From the IMG/VR virus record IMGVR_UViG_3300035146_000010: a stretch of 64,000 nucleotides of DNA; one strand, given 5' to 3'. A program made the position numbers and the translations under genes. This DNA is from a virus. The notes below the pieces were generated by a model. That model saw only the letters and a list, made by a program, of their open reading frames with translations. It searched no databases and had not been told where the DNA came from. Shown here piece by piece: positions 8,006 through 16,811 of this stretch (the first letter of the stretch is position 1; each line of letters opens with the position of its first letter).

Positions 8006-9507
8006 CAAGTGTAAATTCTATGATTGCCGGAGATTTTGCGGCACAAATGTATAGAGAGTTAGAAATGAGACAATTAGCACGGTCTCATTTAGCTCCCTTT
8101 ACGCAGTACCTGTTCCCCATGTATCAACTAACAGGGATACATAAAGAGTATGCACAAATATTAACATTGTTTGCGCGGGGAGAAATAAAAAAATTAATTA
8201 TTTCAATGCCGCCTCAGCATGGTAAATCAGAATTGTCTACTTTGCGACTTCCGGCATTTATGTTTGGACAGAATCCAAATTTAAAAGCTGCAATTGCTAG
8301 TTATAACGCAACAAAGGCACGGGGATTTAATACAAAGCTGCAACGGATCATTGCAGATCCATTATATTTTAATTTGTTCCCGGAAACAACTATCAGTAGT
8401 ACTCCTTTTAGCCAAAAGTCTAAAACGGGAATGAAGTTTCAAAGAAAACAAGAAGAATTTGAAATAATAAATTATCAGGGTAGTTGTAAAGCGGTGGGAA
8501 GAGGGGGAGCCCTTACCGGTGACCCGGTGGATTTAATCCTTATGGATGATTTATACAAAGATTATGCGGAAGGGAATAGTCCTGTTGTTCGGGAAACGGT
8601 AATTGATTGGTATACTGCGGTTGTTCGTACAAGACTGCATAACAATAGTCAGCAATTAATTGTTTTTACCCGGTGGAACGAAGAAGATTTAATTGGATTT
8701 ATAGAAAGGTCGGACGACGAAAAGGTTATTTTACTTACCGAAAAAACACAATTAAATAATATTGACATTGATGCCTGGTATAAAATTAATTTCCCTGCTC
8801 TTGCAACAAAAGAATCGGAATTAAATGAATTTGATGGAAGAAAAGAGGGTGAACCGTTATGGCCGGAAAGACATAGCCAAAAAAAATTAATAAACGATAG
8901 AAACTTAGACGAAGAAAAATTTGAGTCCCTACATCAAGGAGATCCGAAGCCTTCTAAAGGATTATTATATAAAGGATTTAATATTTACATAACTAAGCCG
9001 GCCTTTAAGTGGAGAAAAAATTATACAGACGTTGCCGACACGGGAAAAGATTATTTGTGTAGTATTTGCTATGAAGTCGGAGTAGACGACATGATATATA
9101 TTACTGATATTTATTATACAGACGAACCGCAGGATAAAACAGAAATTGAAACGGCCGAATTATTAGACCGGAACAAAGTTAATATTGCATATGTAGAAAG
9201 TAATGCCGGTGGCCGGGCCTTTGCAAGAAATGTAGACGGGTTTACAAAGGGCCGGCATGTGTTGGAAACATTTTATCAGGGAGACAATAAGGAAAGCCGG
9301 ATTATTTCTAATTCAGCAGCTATACAAAGAAAAATTTTATTTCCCATAAACTGGACTACGCGGTGGCCAGAATTTGCAAGGGACATATTACGATTTAAAA
9401 GAAATTTTAAAGCAAATTCACATGATGATGCACCGGACGCTTTAACAGGAGTTTATGAAAAAAGCGGGTTGGCTCCAATTGATACAAAATCATTGTGGAG
9501 AAAATAA
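8002..9507 (+). CDS. terL: Terminase large subunit
   Basis: Walker A-like MPPQHGKSE, Walker B LILMDDLY, and C-terminal nuclease motif SHDDAPDALTG. Confidence 0.9.
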   Translation: MTSVNSMIAGDFAAQMYRELEMRQLARSHLAPFTQYLFPMYQLTGIHKEYAQILTLFARGEIKKLIISMPPQHGKSELSTLRLPAFMFGQNPNLKAAIASYNATKARGFNTKLQRIIADPLYFNLFPETTISSTPFSQKSKTGMKFQRKQEEFEIINYQGSCKAVGRGGALTGDPVDLILMDDLYKDYAEGNSPVVRETVIDWYTAVVRTRLHNNSQQLIVFTRWNEEDLIGFIERSDDEKVILLTEKTQLNNIDIDAWYKINFPALATKESELNEFDGRKEGEPLWPERHSQKKLINDRNLDEEKFESLHQGDPKPSKGLLYKGFNIYITKPAFKWRKNYTDVADTGKDYLCSICYEVGVDDMIYITDIYYTDEPQDKTEIETAELLDRNKVNIAYVESNAGGRAFARNVDGFTKGRHVLETFYQGDNKESRIISNSAAIQRKILFPINWTTRWPEFARDILRFKRNFKANSHDDAPDALTGVYEKSGLAPIDTKSLWRK

Positions 9508-9509
9508 AA

Positions 9510-9692
9510 ATGGAAAATGAAAAACTATATAGAATAGAATTATATTATGCAGTATTCGGAATTGTAGTAAATGTAAAAGATAATATTATCGTAGATGCGC
9601 CCCCTATAGCGCGTTGGATGGTAGGAAAACCGTTAGCTAAAATTAAAGTTTGGGTTGATAAGAAAAACGGTACAATTACAAAGATAAAATAA
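9510..9692 (+). CDS. Hypothetical small protein
   Basis: ATG after GGAGAAAATAAAA. Product begins MENEKLYRIELYY. Confidence 0.5.
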   Translation: MENEKLYRIELYYAVFGIVVNVKDNIIVDAPPIARWMVGKPLAKIKVWVDKKNGTITKIK

Positions 9693-9703
9693 AGGAGAAA
9701 ATA

Positions 9704-10351
9704 ATGAAATGTTTTTATTGTGGATCAAATTGTGATAAAAAATATTCAATAAAAGAATATGTAAAAAAAACGTTTACAAATTATGATATAGTGGCTTGTC
9801 CTGATTCTCAATATGTCTGTGATGATTGTGTTTGGGCATTTGGCAGCAATTCTGAAATACAAATGATAGATGGAGAAATTAGAAATGGAAGTCCCCGTAA
9901 TTATTCCTGGTTTATAACAAAAAATAAAAAAATAGCATTTACTAAAAAGCATATTGAGGAAATAAAATATTTATTATTTCATATCAAAAAAAAACCATTC
10001 AAATTAGTTATTGCAGATTCTGGACAAAAGCATTTATTATTTAGAGCTCCATGGAACTTTGATAAAAATAATTTTATATTGCAGTTTGAGGAACAACAAA
10101 TTATAGTTGATTTGAAGGAATTGGCAAAACGAATATTTATATGTAATAGACTAAGTGCTGCTATAGGAAAAGTAGCAATATTGAATCCTGATAAAGTACA
10201 ATATGCAATAGCTGTTCAAAAATACTGGAATGATTTAATTGAGTATGAGAAATGGCTCAAAATACATATGCAACCATTGTCACAGTTGGCGGTATGGTTA
10301 GCAAAAAATAAACAGGAGGCTCAAAATGAATATCAATCAGTTAACACCTGA
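9704..10351 (+). CDS. csf1: Csf1-like (type IV Cas8-like) protein with N-terminal Cys cluster
   Basis: CFYCGSNC...CPDSQYVCDDC zinc-finger-like N-terminus. About 215 aa. First gene of the csf1-cas11-cas7-cas5 order. Confidence 0.5.
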   Translation: MKCFYCGSNCDKKYSIKEYVKKTFTNYDIVACPDSQYVCDDCVWAFGSNSEIQMIDGEIRNGSPRNYSWFITKNKKIAFTKKHIEEIKYLLFHIKKKPFKLVIADSGQKHLLFRAPWNFDKNNFILQFEEQQIIVDLKELAKRIFICNRLSAAIGKVAILNPDKVQYAIAVQKYWNDLIEYEKWLKIHMQPLSQLAVWLAKNKQEAQNEYQSVNT

Positions 10352-10766
10352 AGAGTTCCGTTTAAAAATAGCAGGGCTATTGGACCCGCTGGGACAAATG
10401 GATGATTTGGGTAAAAAATCAATGGAAGATGAGGTTATAAGATTTGTATCAATATTGCCTGAAGTGTTTGGTGATAATTTGGACCGCAAAACACTATGGG
10501 AACGAATTGGCAATGGACTTGTTTCTTCATTGGCAAAAGCCGGTGGTGATGTTGAACTTTTTGTTAATCATTGTTTGGATTATGTTAAAGCAGATAGTGG
10601 TAAAGCTGCAGCAAATGAAAATTTACATTATTTTATTTCGACATTATCAACAAGAGATAAAGAATGGAAACAACAATTTCTACGTACAATTGAAAAAAAA
10701 CATTATCTTATTATTGTTAAATCCCGTGATACTTGGAATAAAAATAAAAAGGGAGGCACGAAATGA
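10326..10766 (+). CDS. cas11: Cas11-like small helical subunit
   Basis: 146-aa protein that reads as helical. Sits between the csf1-like and cas7-like genes and overlaps both neighbours. Confidence 0.4.
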   Translation: MNINQLTPEEFRLKIAGLLDPLGQMDDLGKKSMEDEVIRFVSILPEVFGDNLDRKTLWERIGNGLVSSLAKAGGDVELFVNHCLDYVKADSGKAAANENLHYFISTLSTRDKEWKQQFLRTIEKKHYLIIVKSRDTWNKNKKGGTK

Positions 10767-11707
10767 ATAAAACAGTAAGACCAAAAGTAAAACGTAGAAA
10801 AAAAGATATAGGAACAGTTAAAGTTCATTGTGTGTCTGAGACTTTGTCCCCATTAACGCACATGATGGAGACAGCTGGAAATGAGTCAATAATCAATAGG
10901 GAAAAGGTTATCCATAATGGTATGGAAAAATGGATACCTGTTTTGTCTGGAAATTCAATTCGTCATAAATTAATTCGTGATTCCGGTATGCATTATCTTC
11001 TTAATGCATGTAGCATGAGAAAGAAAATTGACATTAAACAGGCTAATTTTTTGTTTTATGGCGGTGGATTAACTGAAAGCAGCAACTCTGAGAAAATGAA
11101 AGAAATTGCCGAAATGTATGAATTGTTTCCACTTGTGAGGCTATTAGGGGCAAGTCTTCCGTGGCAAATAGTTGCAGGAAGTCTCATTGTGTTTCGCGGG
11201 AAATTAATTTGTGAAGAAAATAAACATTTTATTTATGAGTTATTGCCCGAAAAATTTGATATTGATTTGAATTGTCAACTGAAATCAAGTGAAGATTTTA
11301 TTCACGCATATCAATATACAAGAGGCGATATTACTCGACATAAGGATGTTGTTGAGATCGTTTCTCAAGATGAATTAGCATCGGATAAAAAAACCGGTTT
11401 AATGATTTATAACGGACAATGCATTATTACCGGATCATTATTTTATCACGGCTTTATCTTGAATAGAATATCGCGTAAAGAGGTCGGTGCCTTTTTTTTA
11501 TCTTTGGAAACATGGCAGGAATCCGGTGCGTTTCTTGGTGGCTATTCAAGAATTGGACATGGTAAATTGAAATTGAACGTCATGATCGAAGACAGCAAGG
11601 ATTTTATTTCCGCCAGCGATATTGACGACTGCATTGACGAATACATTAATCATGTTGAGGTTAATAAAGCCAAGTGTATCGAATGGCTTGATAAAAATTT
11701 TAAGTGA
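10763..11707 (+). CDS. csf2: Csf2 / Cas7-like RAMP protein
   Basis: IPVLSGNSIRHKLIRD (RAMP G-x-S-hR-G/H-xhR type motif) and C-terminal glycine loop GGYSRIGHGKL. ATGA overlap with the upstream gene. Confidence 0.7.
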   Translation: MNKTVRPKVKRRKKDIGTVKVHCVSETLSPLTHMMETAGNESIINREKVIHNGMEKWIPVLSGNSIRHKLIRDSGMHYLLNACSMRKKIDIKQANFLFYGGGLTESSNSEKMKEIAEMYELFPLVRLLGASLPWQIVAGSLIVFRGKLICEENKHFIYELLPEKFDIDLNCQLKSSEDFIHAYQYTRGDITRHKDVVEIVSQDELASDKKTGLMIYNGQCIITGSLFYHGFILNRISRKEVGAFFLSLETWQESGAFLGGYSRIGHGKLKLNVMIEDSKDFISASDIDDCIDEYINHVEVNKAKCIEWLDKNFK

Positions 11708-11715
11708 GGTCGTTT

Positions 11716-12396
11716 ATGGCAATAGAAAATTTTAAAGTAACGGCTTATTTGGTTGCACCAGTGGTGGGGGAAATACCACCACTGGACTCATTGTTGACTT
11801 ATCAGCTTGCATTTTATATGAATACATTCAAATCAAAAAAATATACAAAAGCAACACCTATAACTGAATTTGAACGTTTGCCGATACCGCTTACTGAATA
11901 TGATGTTGGAGGAGATAAAGTTAACTGTTGTTCTGATCCGGTTTATATAATTGAAACAGAATGGCATGATAAATTGGCAAAAAGATTTGAAACAGATATG
12001 CTTAGCACAATCATAGATCCACTAAAGAGAAAAACCATTAATATAGGGGGTGGGTATTTACGTTCAAGATTTCAGACGCTGCATGCTAAAATAATTAGTA
12101 GGGTGGTTTGGTTTGCTAGGGGGGACTCTGAGCAGGCATTACGATTATTGAAATATGTTAACTCGCTTGGTTATTTTAGAAAAATAGGATATGGTATTGT
12201 AAATAAATGGAATGTTGAAATAATAAAGGAAAATTTTTCAATATCCGCGCGGTGCTCCGGGAAAAAAATATTGATGAAGACTCTGCCTGTTTGTGATGCT
12301 ACTCGAAACATGGACGGTATTCGTTATGGATTTGGTGCATACAAACCACCCTACTGGCATCCAGAAAATCAGTGTGAGGTTGTGGTTCCATGTTAA
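11716..12396 (+). CDS. csf3: Csf3 / Cas5-like RAMP protein
   Basis: N-terminal VAPVVGEIPPLDSLLTYQLAF and C-terminal LGYFRKIGYGIVNKW glycine loop. ATG with GAGG RBS. Confidence 0.6.
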   Translation: MAIENFKVTAYLVAPVVGEIPPLDSLLTYQLAFYMNTFKSKKYTKATPITEFERLPIPLTEYDVGGDKVNCCSDPVYIIETEWHDKLAKRFETDMLSTIIDPLKRKTINIGGGYLRSRFQTLHAKIISRVVWFARGDSEQALRLLKYVNSLGYFRKIGYGIVNKWNVEIIKENFSISARCSGKKILMKTLPVCDATRNMDGIRYGFGAYKPPYWHPENQCEVVVPC

Positions 12397-12935
12397 ATGG
12401 TTATTATATAATACAACAATACGCAAATGTGATTCAGGATTATCCATTGTTTTTTACTTTTGCTAAAAAAAATAAATTATGGAAGTATATTTATCCACAC
12501 TATAGGTGGGACGTGTTGCAAATTATAGCACTTGTTTGCCTGTCTCCTGGAACTCTAAATGAAAAATATAATTTTTTACAAAGAGAACTTTATTATTTTT
12601 ATAATAAAATTGTTTGTACTTTTCATTTAAAAAAGAAAAATAAATGCAAACAAAAAAGGAGTATACCAAAACATAAAAATCATTGCGATATTTGTGGAAA
12701 AGATAAATTAGAATATATGACTAAATCATTATTTCCTGGAAAAAAAGTTTGTAATTATTGTTATATGCAGCATAAGCGCAAGTATGTGAATAAATATTAT
12801 GGGCGTCTGATAAAAACATGTGAATTATGTGGAAAAGAAACAAGAACAGGATTATATACAAGTGTTTTTCCTGGAAAAAAAGTTTGTATGAGCTGCTATC
12901 AAAAAGAAATGTATAGAAGGAAAAAAAAAAAATGA
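12390..12935 (+). CDS. Protein with two tandem zinc-ribbon units
   Basis: Repeated C..CGK-x(n)-FPGKKVC..CY units. Start overlaps the csf3 stop (ATGTTAA). Confidence 0.6.
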   Translation: MLNGYYIIQQYANVIQDYPLFFTFAKKNKLWKYIYPHYRWDVLQIIALVCLSPGTLNEKYNFLQRELYYFYNKIVCTFHLKKKNKCKQKRSIPKHKNHCDICGKDKLEYMTKSLFPGKKVCNYCYMQHKRKYVNKYYGRLIKTCELCGKETRTGLYTSVFPGKKVCMSCYQKEMYRRKKKK

Positions 12936-13345
12936 GAGTGGTTTTATATAATGTTGGACGTAATTTAAATCGTGCATATCGTACTTGTTTTAGTTTTGGA
13001 ATTGAAAAATTAATTTTAGTAAATTCACAGGATATAAGTATAAAATGGGAATTGAAAGGAAATCTGTTTGAAGCAAAAAATAAAGTTAAAATAATAGAAA
13101 CTAACATGATGCCATTGATTGATATGCATACAATTGCACTCGAAAATTATTATAAACAATCTATATATAATATCACATGGAACAATCTTGATACTATACT
13201 GATAGGTGGAGAAACGAAAGGGCTCCCTAAATTGATTAGTTGCCAGAAAGCAACAATACCAACAATCAATAATTTTTGTTTGACAGTAGAGGCATCATTA
13301 GCAATTGCCCTGTCGGAATGGAGACGAAATGTTAATACAGTGTGA
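12932..13345 (+). CDS. Minimal SPOUT (SpoU/TrmH/TrmL-like) RNA methyltransferase
   Basis: MRVVLYNVGRNLNRAYRTCFSFGIEKLILV and ILIGGETKGLP...ATIPTINNFCLTVEASLAIALSEW match the N- and C-terminal blocks of TrmL-type enzymes as I recall them. Confidence 0.6.
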   Translation: MRVVLYNVGRNLNRAYRTCFSFGIEKLILVNSQDISIKWELKGNLFEAKNKVKIIETNMMPLIDMHTIALENYYKQSIYNITWNNLDTILIGGETKGLPKLISCQKATIPTINNFCLTVEASLAIALSEWRRNVNTV

Positions 13346-14042
13346 CAAGCATACACAACAGGATTTAGAAATTTGGGATAGTTATGAGGAAGCCGATTTG
13401 ATTTATTATAATAATCATAATATGGTGGAAAAAGAACAAAAAGCTATTGATACTATTATCAATTTTGATAGTGATTATGTTAGTACTTCATGGGGCAAGG
13501 ACTCAACTGTTTTGGTGCATTTGTGTTATAGGGCACAAATTAAAATACCATTGGTGTGGATTATTGTTAAAGATATTGTAAATCCTTATTGTTTTGATGT
13601 TAGAAATTATTTTTTAAAAACTTATAATGTTAATTATTATGAGATAACCGAAAGCAGGTGGTATGATGGTAATCGCTATAGGGCCACAGGTGTTTTAGAA
13701 AATGGTTTTAAAAAAGCAGTTAAACAATTTGGAAAAAAATATATATCCGGTGTACGTGCTGAAGAGTCTGGAATAAGAAAAATGTTAACAAAAATTTATG
13801 GTGTAAAGACAGAAAAAACCTGCCGTCCGTTGGCATATTGGAAACAATCAGATATTTTTGCCTATTTGGCTCATTATCAATTGCCGGTTCATCCAAATTA
13901 CGGGATGTTGGGTGGTGGGAGATATAACCGTGAACATATACGGGTTGCTTCATTGGGCATTAAAAGAGGCGATGCTTTTGATAAATTGCTATGGGAAAAA
14001 GAATACTATCAAAATGAATTAAACAAAATTGGAGGAATATAA
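13329..14042 (+). CDS. CysH-like PAPS-reductase family PP-loop protein
   Basis: STSWGKDSTVLVHLC (PP-loop variant), ISGVRAEESGIRK, and CRPLAYWKQSDIFAYL. ATG after GGAGACGAA. Confidence 0.75.
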   Translation: MLIQCDKHTQQDLEIWDSYEEADLIYYNNHNMVEKEQKAIDTIINFDSDYVSTSWGKDSTVLVHLCYRAQIKIPLVWIIVKDIVNPYCFDVRNYFLKTYNVNYYEITESRWYDGNRYRATGVLENGFKKAVKQFGKKYISGVRAEESGIRKMLTKIYGVKTEKTCRPLAYWKQSDIFAYLAHYQLPVHPNYGMLGGGRYNREHIRVASLGIKRGDAFDKLLWEKEYYQNELNKIGGI

Positions 14043-14043
14043 A

Positions 14044-15285
14044 ATGGTAATGGAAGCACTGCGCACAGACGGCTGGTCAAATTTAATTGCCGGTATCGGT
14101 GTAAAGAAAAAAGATAAAACAGAAAATACATATTTTGTTGAAGATTATATTTTGGAAGATGAAGACTTGTCCGCGTTGTATGATGGAGAAGGACTGGCGG
14201 CAAATATAATTGATGCTGTACCGGATGATATGACACGGGCCGGGTGGACAATAGCAAATGACGAAAAAGAAAAAATACAAAATGAAATGAAAAGGATTAA
14301 AGCGGTATATTATTTAAACAAGGCATTAAAATATGCCCGTCTATATCGTGGGGCTATTGTTGTTATGATTACAGAGCGGGGAGAATTAGACAAGCCTATA
14401 CCGGCTAATCCTGGAAATGTAAAACGCCTGCGTGTATATTCTGCAAAAAGAATAATATTAACATCAACTGATATTGTAGAAGATCCGAATTCAGAATATT
14501 TTGATGACGTTGAAATATTTCATGTTTTAACCCGTTCCGGGAAAATGCTAGATATACATAGATCGCGTTGTTTGTGGTTTGGAGGCGAACTTGTATCTGA
14601 TGATTTTGAATTAGATCTTACCTATCAATATTGGGGACTGTCTACAATGCAAAGAATATGGGCCCGGTTAAAAAATTACGGAGCAGTGGAAAGGGCTGTT
14701 GCAAATTTGCTTTTGGAGTTTAATTTGGGGATATATGAATTTTCTAATTTAGCTGAAATATTAGCTATGAATAAAGAAGAAATGATGAGTGCTGTATACA
14801 CACGGTTAGAAGCTATAAACGCATGCAAGTCTATGTTAAACGCTGTTATGATCGGTGAAGGGGAGTCTTTTACAAGGGACTCTGCGAACCTGTCCGGTTT
14901 AGCGGACATTATAGATAGAATGATGATTAATTTAACCGGTGTTGCAAAGATCCCGGCAACTAAATTATTTCGGCGATCTCCTGCGGGAATGAATGCGACA
15001 GGCGAAAGCGATATAACTAACTATTATGATGATGTGAGTACACAACAGACACAAAAACTTGAACCGGAACTGCAAAAATTAATTAATGTAATCGGAAAAG
15101 CTGTTTATGGCAGCAACAAAGAAAATAAATATACAATTACTTTTAATTCTTTGTGGGAGCCGACTGAAAAAGAAAAAGCCGAAACAAAAAAATTAAATGC
15201 GGAAACACATTCAACTGATATTGCAAATCAAGTTATAGATGCGGAAGAGTCTCGTAAAATAAGGTATCCAGATTTGGAGGTATAG
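14044..15285 (+). CDS. Portal protein (DUF1073-like)
   Basis: N-terminal RTDGWSNLIAGIG..KKDK...LSALYDGEGLAANII..VPDDMTRAGW pattern. Size and position relative to terL also fit. Confidence 0.75.
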   Translation: MVMEALRTDGWSNLIAGIGVKKKDKTENTYFVEDYILEDEDLSALYDGEGLAANIIDAVPDDMTRAGWTIANDEKEKIQNEMKRIKAVYYLNKALKYARLYRGAIVVMITERGELDKPIPANPGNVKRLRVYSAKRIILTSTDIVEDPNSEYFDDVEIFHVLTRSGKMLDIHRSRCLWFGGELVSDDFELDLTYQYWGLSTMQRIWARLKNYGAVERAVANLLLEFNLGIYEFSNLAEILAMNKEEMMSAVYTRLEAINACKSMLNAVMIGEGESFTRDSANLSGLADIIDRMMINLTGVAKIPATKLFRRSPAGMNATGESDITNYYDDVSTQQTQKLEPELQKLINVIGKAVYGSNKENKYTITFNSLWEPTEKEKAETKKLNAETHSTDIANQVIDAEESRKIRYPDLEV

Positions 15286-15286
15286 C

Positions 15287-15508
15287 ATGTTTACTGTTTT
15301 ATTTATGATTTTTCTTTTGGGAATAGGTCTATTGTGGTCTATTAGAAAATGCTTATTATTAGAAAAAGAAGTAGTTCAAATTCATAAGGCAATAAGAGAA
15401 TCAATGGAAATTATGGCACATGGGCCCGTGGATGTTTCGTCTTTAAATGCGAATACAGAATACTTGAAAGAGAAACTTAAAAAGGACAAAAATGACAGAC
15501 ATAAATAA
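15287..15508 (+). CDS. Small membrane protein
   Basis: N-terminal hydrophobic helix. 73 aa. Confidence 0.45.
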   Translation: MFTVLFMIFLLGIGLLWSIRKCLLLEKEVVQIHKAIRESMEIMAHGPVDVSSLNANTEYLKEKLKKDKNDRHK

Positions 15509-16517
15509 AAAATTATTTTTAGAATTATTAAAATTAAAAAGAAAAGAAATGGGGCCCGGAAACAGGGCAAGGTCCAAAAATCCCGTAAAAGGAATTAATT
15601 GGATTTATCCGTTTTCTGTTGAGCGCAAATATGCAAAATGGCTACAGTCTATGATGCAACAGATTATTGAACCGGCTACAGAATTTGTCCGGGCGAATGT
15701 CGGAAACTGGATAAAGGAATATGCAGAAATGACGGCAGACGCCTATCCCGGTGATTTAAGAGTCAATATTGAAGATATTGAAAAAACGCTAAAGCAGATA
15801 TATGAAGAGAGGGGCGAAGAAGTCCGAACACTGATTGCAGATTTTGGATTTCAGGTATCCGGGCAAAATATACAACAATGGAAAAAATTTACAAAAAAAG
15901 TTTTGGGAGTGGAGTTTGTAATAACAGAGCCCTGGGAAATTGAAATAATAAAAGCCTGGGCGGAAGATAATTTCACATTGGTAAAATCCTTATCACAGGA
16001 ATATATAAAAAAAGTTAATACAATAGTTTCTGAAGCAGTAACGACAGGCCGGACAGCTGGGTATTTAGTTAAACAGCCGACATTCAAAGAAATAGAACAA
16101 GGAGTTTTTAGAAAGCTTAAAAAATGGAATAAGAATTATGCGGAATACCGGACAAGACTTATTGCACGGGATCAAGTAGGAAAATTACAAGGACAGTTTA
16201 CCCAGCGCAGGCAGGAAGACGCCGGAATAGATTCTTATTTTTGGGTAACTGCCGGGGATGAACGAGTCCGGGGAAATCCGGCCGGCCCGTGGAAAAATGC
16301 TGTTCCGTCCCACTACATTATGAGCGGTGTATTGTGTCGTTGGGATAATGTTACGTTGTATTCTGAAAATAACGGGAAGACGTGGAAAAAAAGAAAGGCG
16401 AAAATGCCGAAAGCACATCCGGGACAAGAAATACAGTGTCGTTGTTCCGCTATTCCAAATATGATAGATCTAGTCGAACAAGTTGATAAATTAATTGAAA
16501 ATGAAAAAGCAGCATAA
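15492..16517 (+). CDS. Head morphogenesis protein (Mu F / SPP1 gp7 family)
   Basis: YFWVTAGDERVRGNP...HPGQEIQCRCSAIP C-terminal motif. Follows the portal gene. Confidence 0.75.
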   Translation: MTDINKKLFLELLKLKRKEMGPGNRARSKNPVKGINWIYPFSVERKYAKWLQSMMQQIIEPATEFVRANVGNWIKEYAEMTADAYPGDLRVNIEDIEKTLKQIYEERGEEVRTLIADFGFQVSGQNIQQWKKFTKKVLGVEFVITEPWEIEIIKAWAEDNFTLVKSLSQEYIKKVNTIVSEAVTTGRTAGYLVKQPTFKEIEQGVFRKLKKWNKNYAEYRTRLIARDQVGKLQGQFTQRRQEDAGIDSYFWVTAGDERVRGNPAGPWKNAVPSHYIMSGVLCRWDNVTLYSENNGKTWKKRKAKMPKAHPGQEIQCRCSAIPNMIDLVEQVDKLIENEKAA

Positions 16518-16526
16518 GGGGAGAAA

Positions 16527-16691
16527 ATGCACGACGAAATAGTGATTTATAAAGTATTAGAAAGGGTGGAAGAATTAATCAAGGAAATTAAATATGGAAA
16601 AATTGTAATTGAATTACAAGAAAACAGTGATAAAATAGATATTGTTTCGGAAGTCCGGGAAAGATTTACAAAAAATAAAAAGCCGCATTAA
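16527..16691 (+). CDS. YezD/DUF2292-like small protein (54 aa)
   Basis: KYGKIVIELQENSDKIDIVSEVRERF pattern. GGGGAG RBS. Below the ORF-track length cutoff. Confidence 0.45.
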   Translation: MHDEIVIYKVLERVEELIKEIKYGKIVIELQENSDKIDIVSEVRERFTKNKKPH

Positions 16692-16698
16692 ATAATCC

Positions 16699-16811
16699 CT
16701 CATATTATCAGTACTTATAAACATAAAAATATATCAAACAATAAAAAGTACTTTACTTTATTTACCTTTATTGCTATTTTATGTACATAAAGTTAATAAA
16801 GGAGATTTGAA
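16699..16811 (+). promoter_or_regulatory. Regulatory cassette copy A: two AGTACT boxes, class A promoter (TTTACT 16752-16757, TATTTT 16775-16780) and conserved RBS leader
   Basis: About 115 nt that align with 45824-45938 and with the reverse complement of 39573-39689. Confidence 0.7.

Noticed and set aside
10444-10770. 108-aa ORF in an alternative + frame, overlapping the cas11-like gene. Similar alternative-frame ORFs lie at 387-572, 22085-22339, 25408-25632, 26730-26945, 38207-38389, 49788-49973 and 59721-59906.
   Set aside because: They are nested in longer ORFs that have RBSs and operon-consistent junctions. The nested frames have no start context and look compositionally random.
9704-12396. 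Alternative assignment of the Cas7/Cas5-like genes to a type I or type III effector.
   Set aside because: There is no cas3, cas10, cas6 or large Cas8-size subunit nearby. The small Cys-cluster first gene, the small helical second gene and the adjacent PAPS-reductase-like gene fit the IV-B pattern better. This still needs profile searches.
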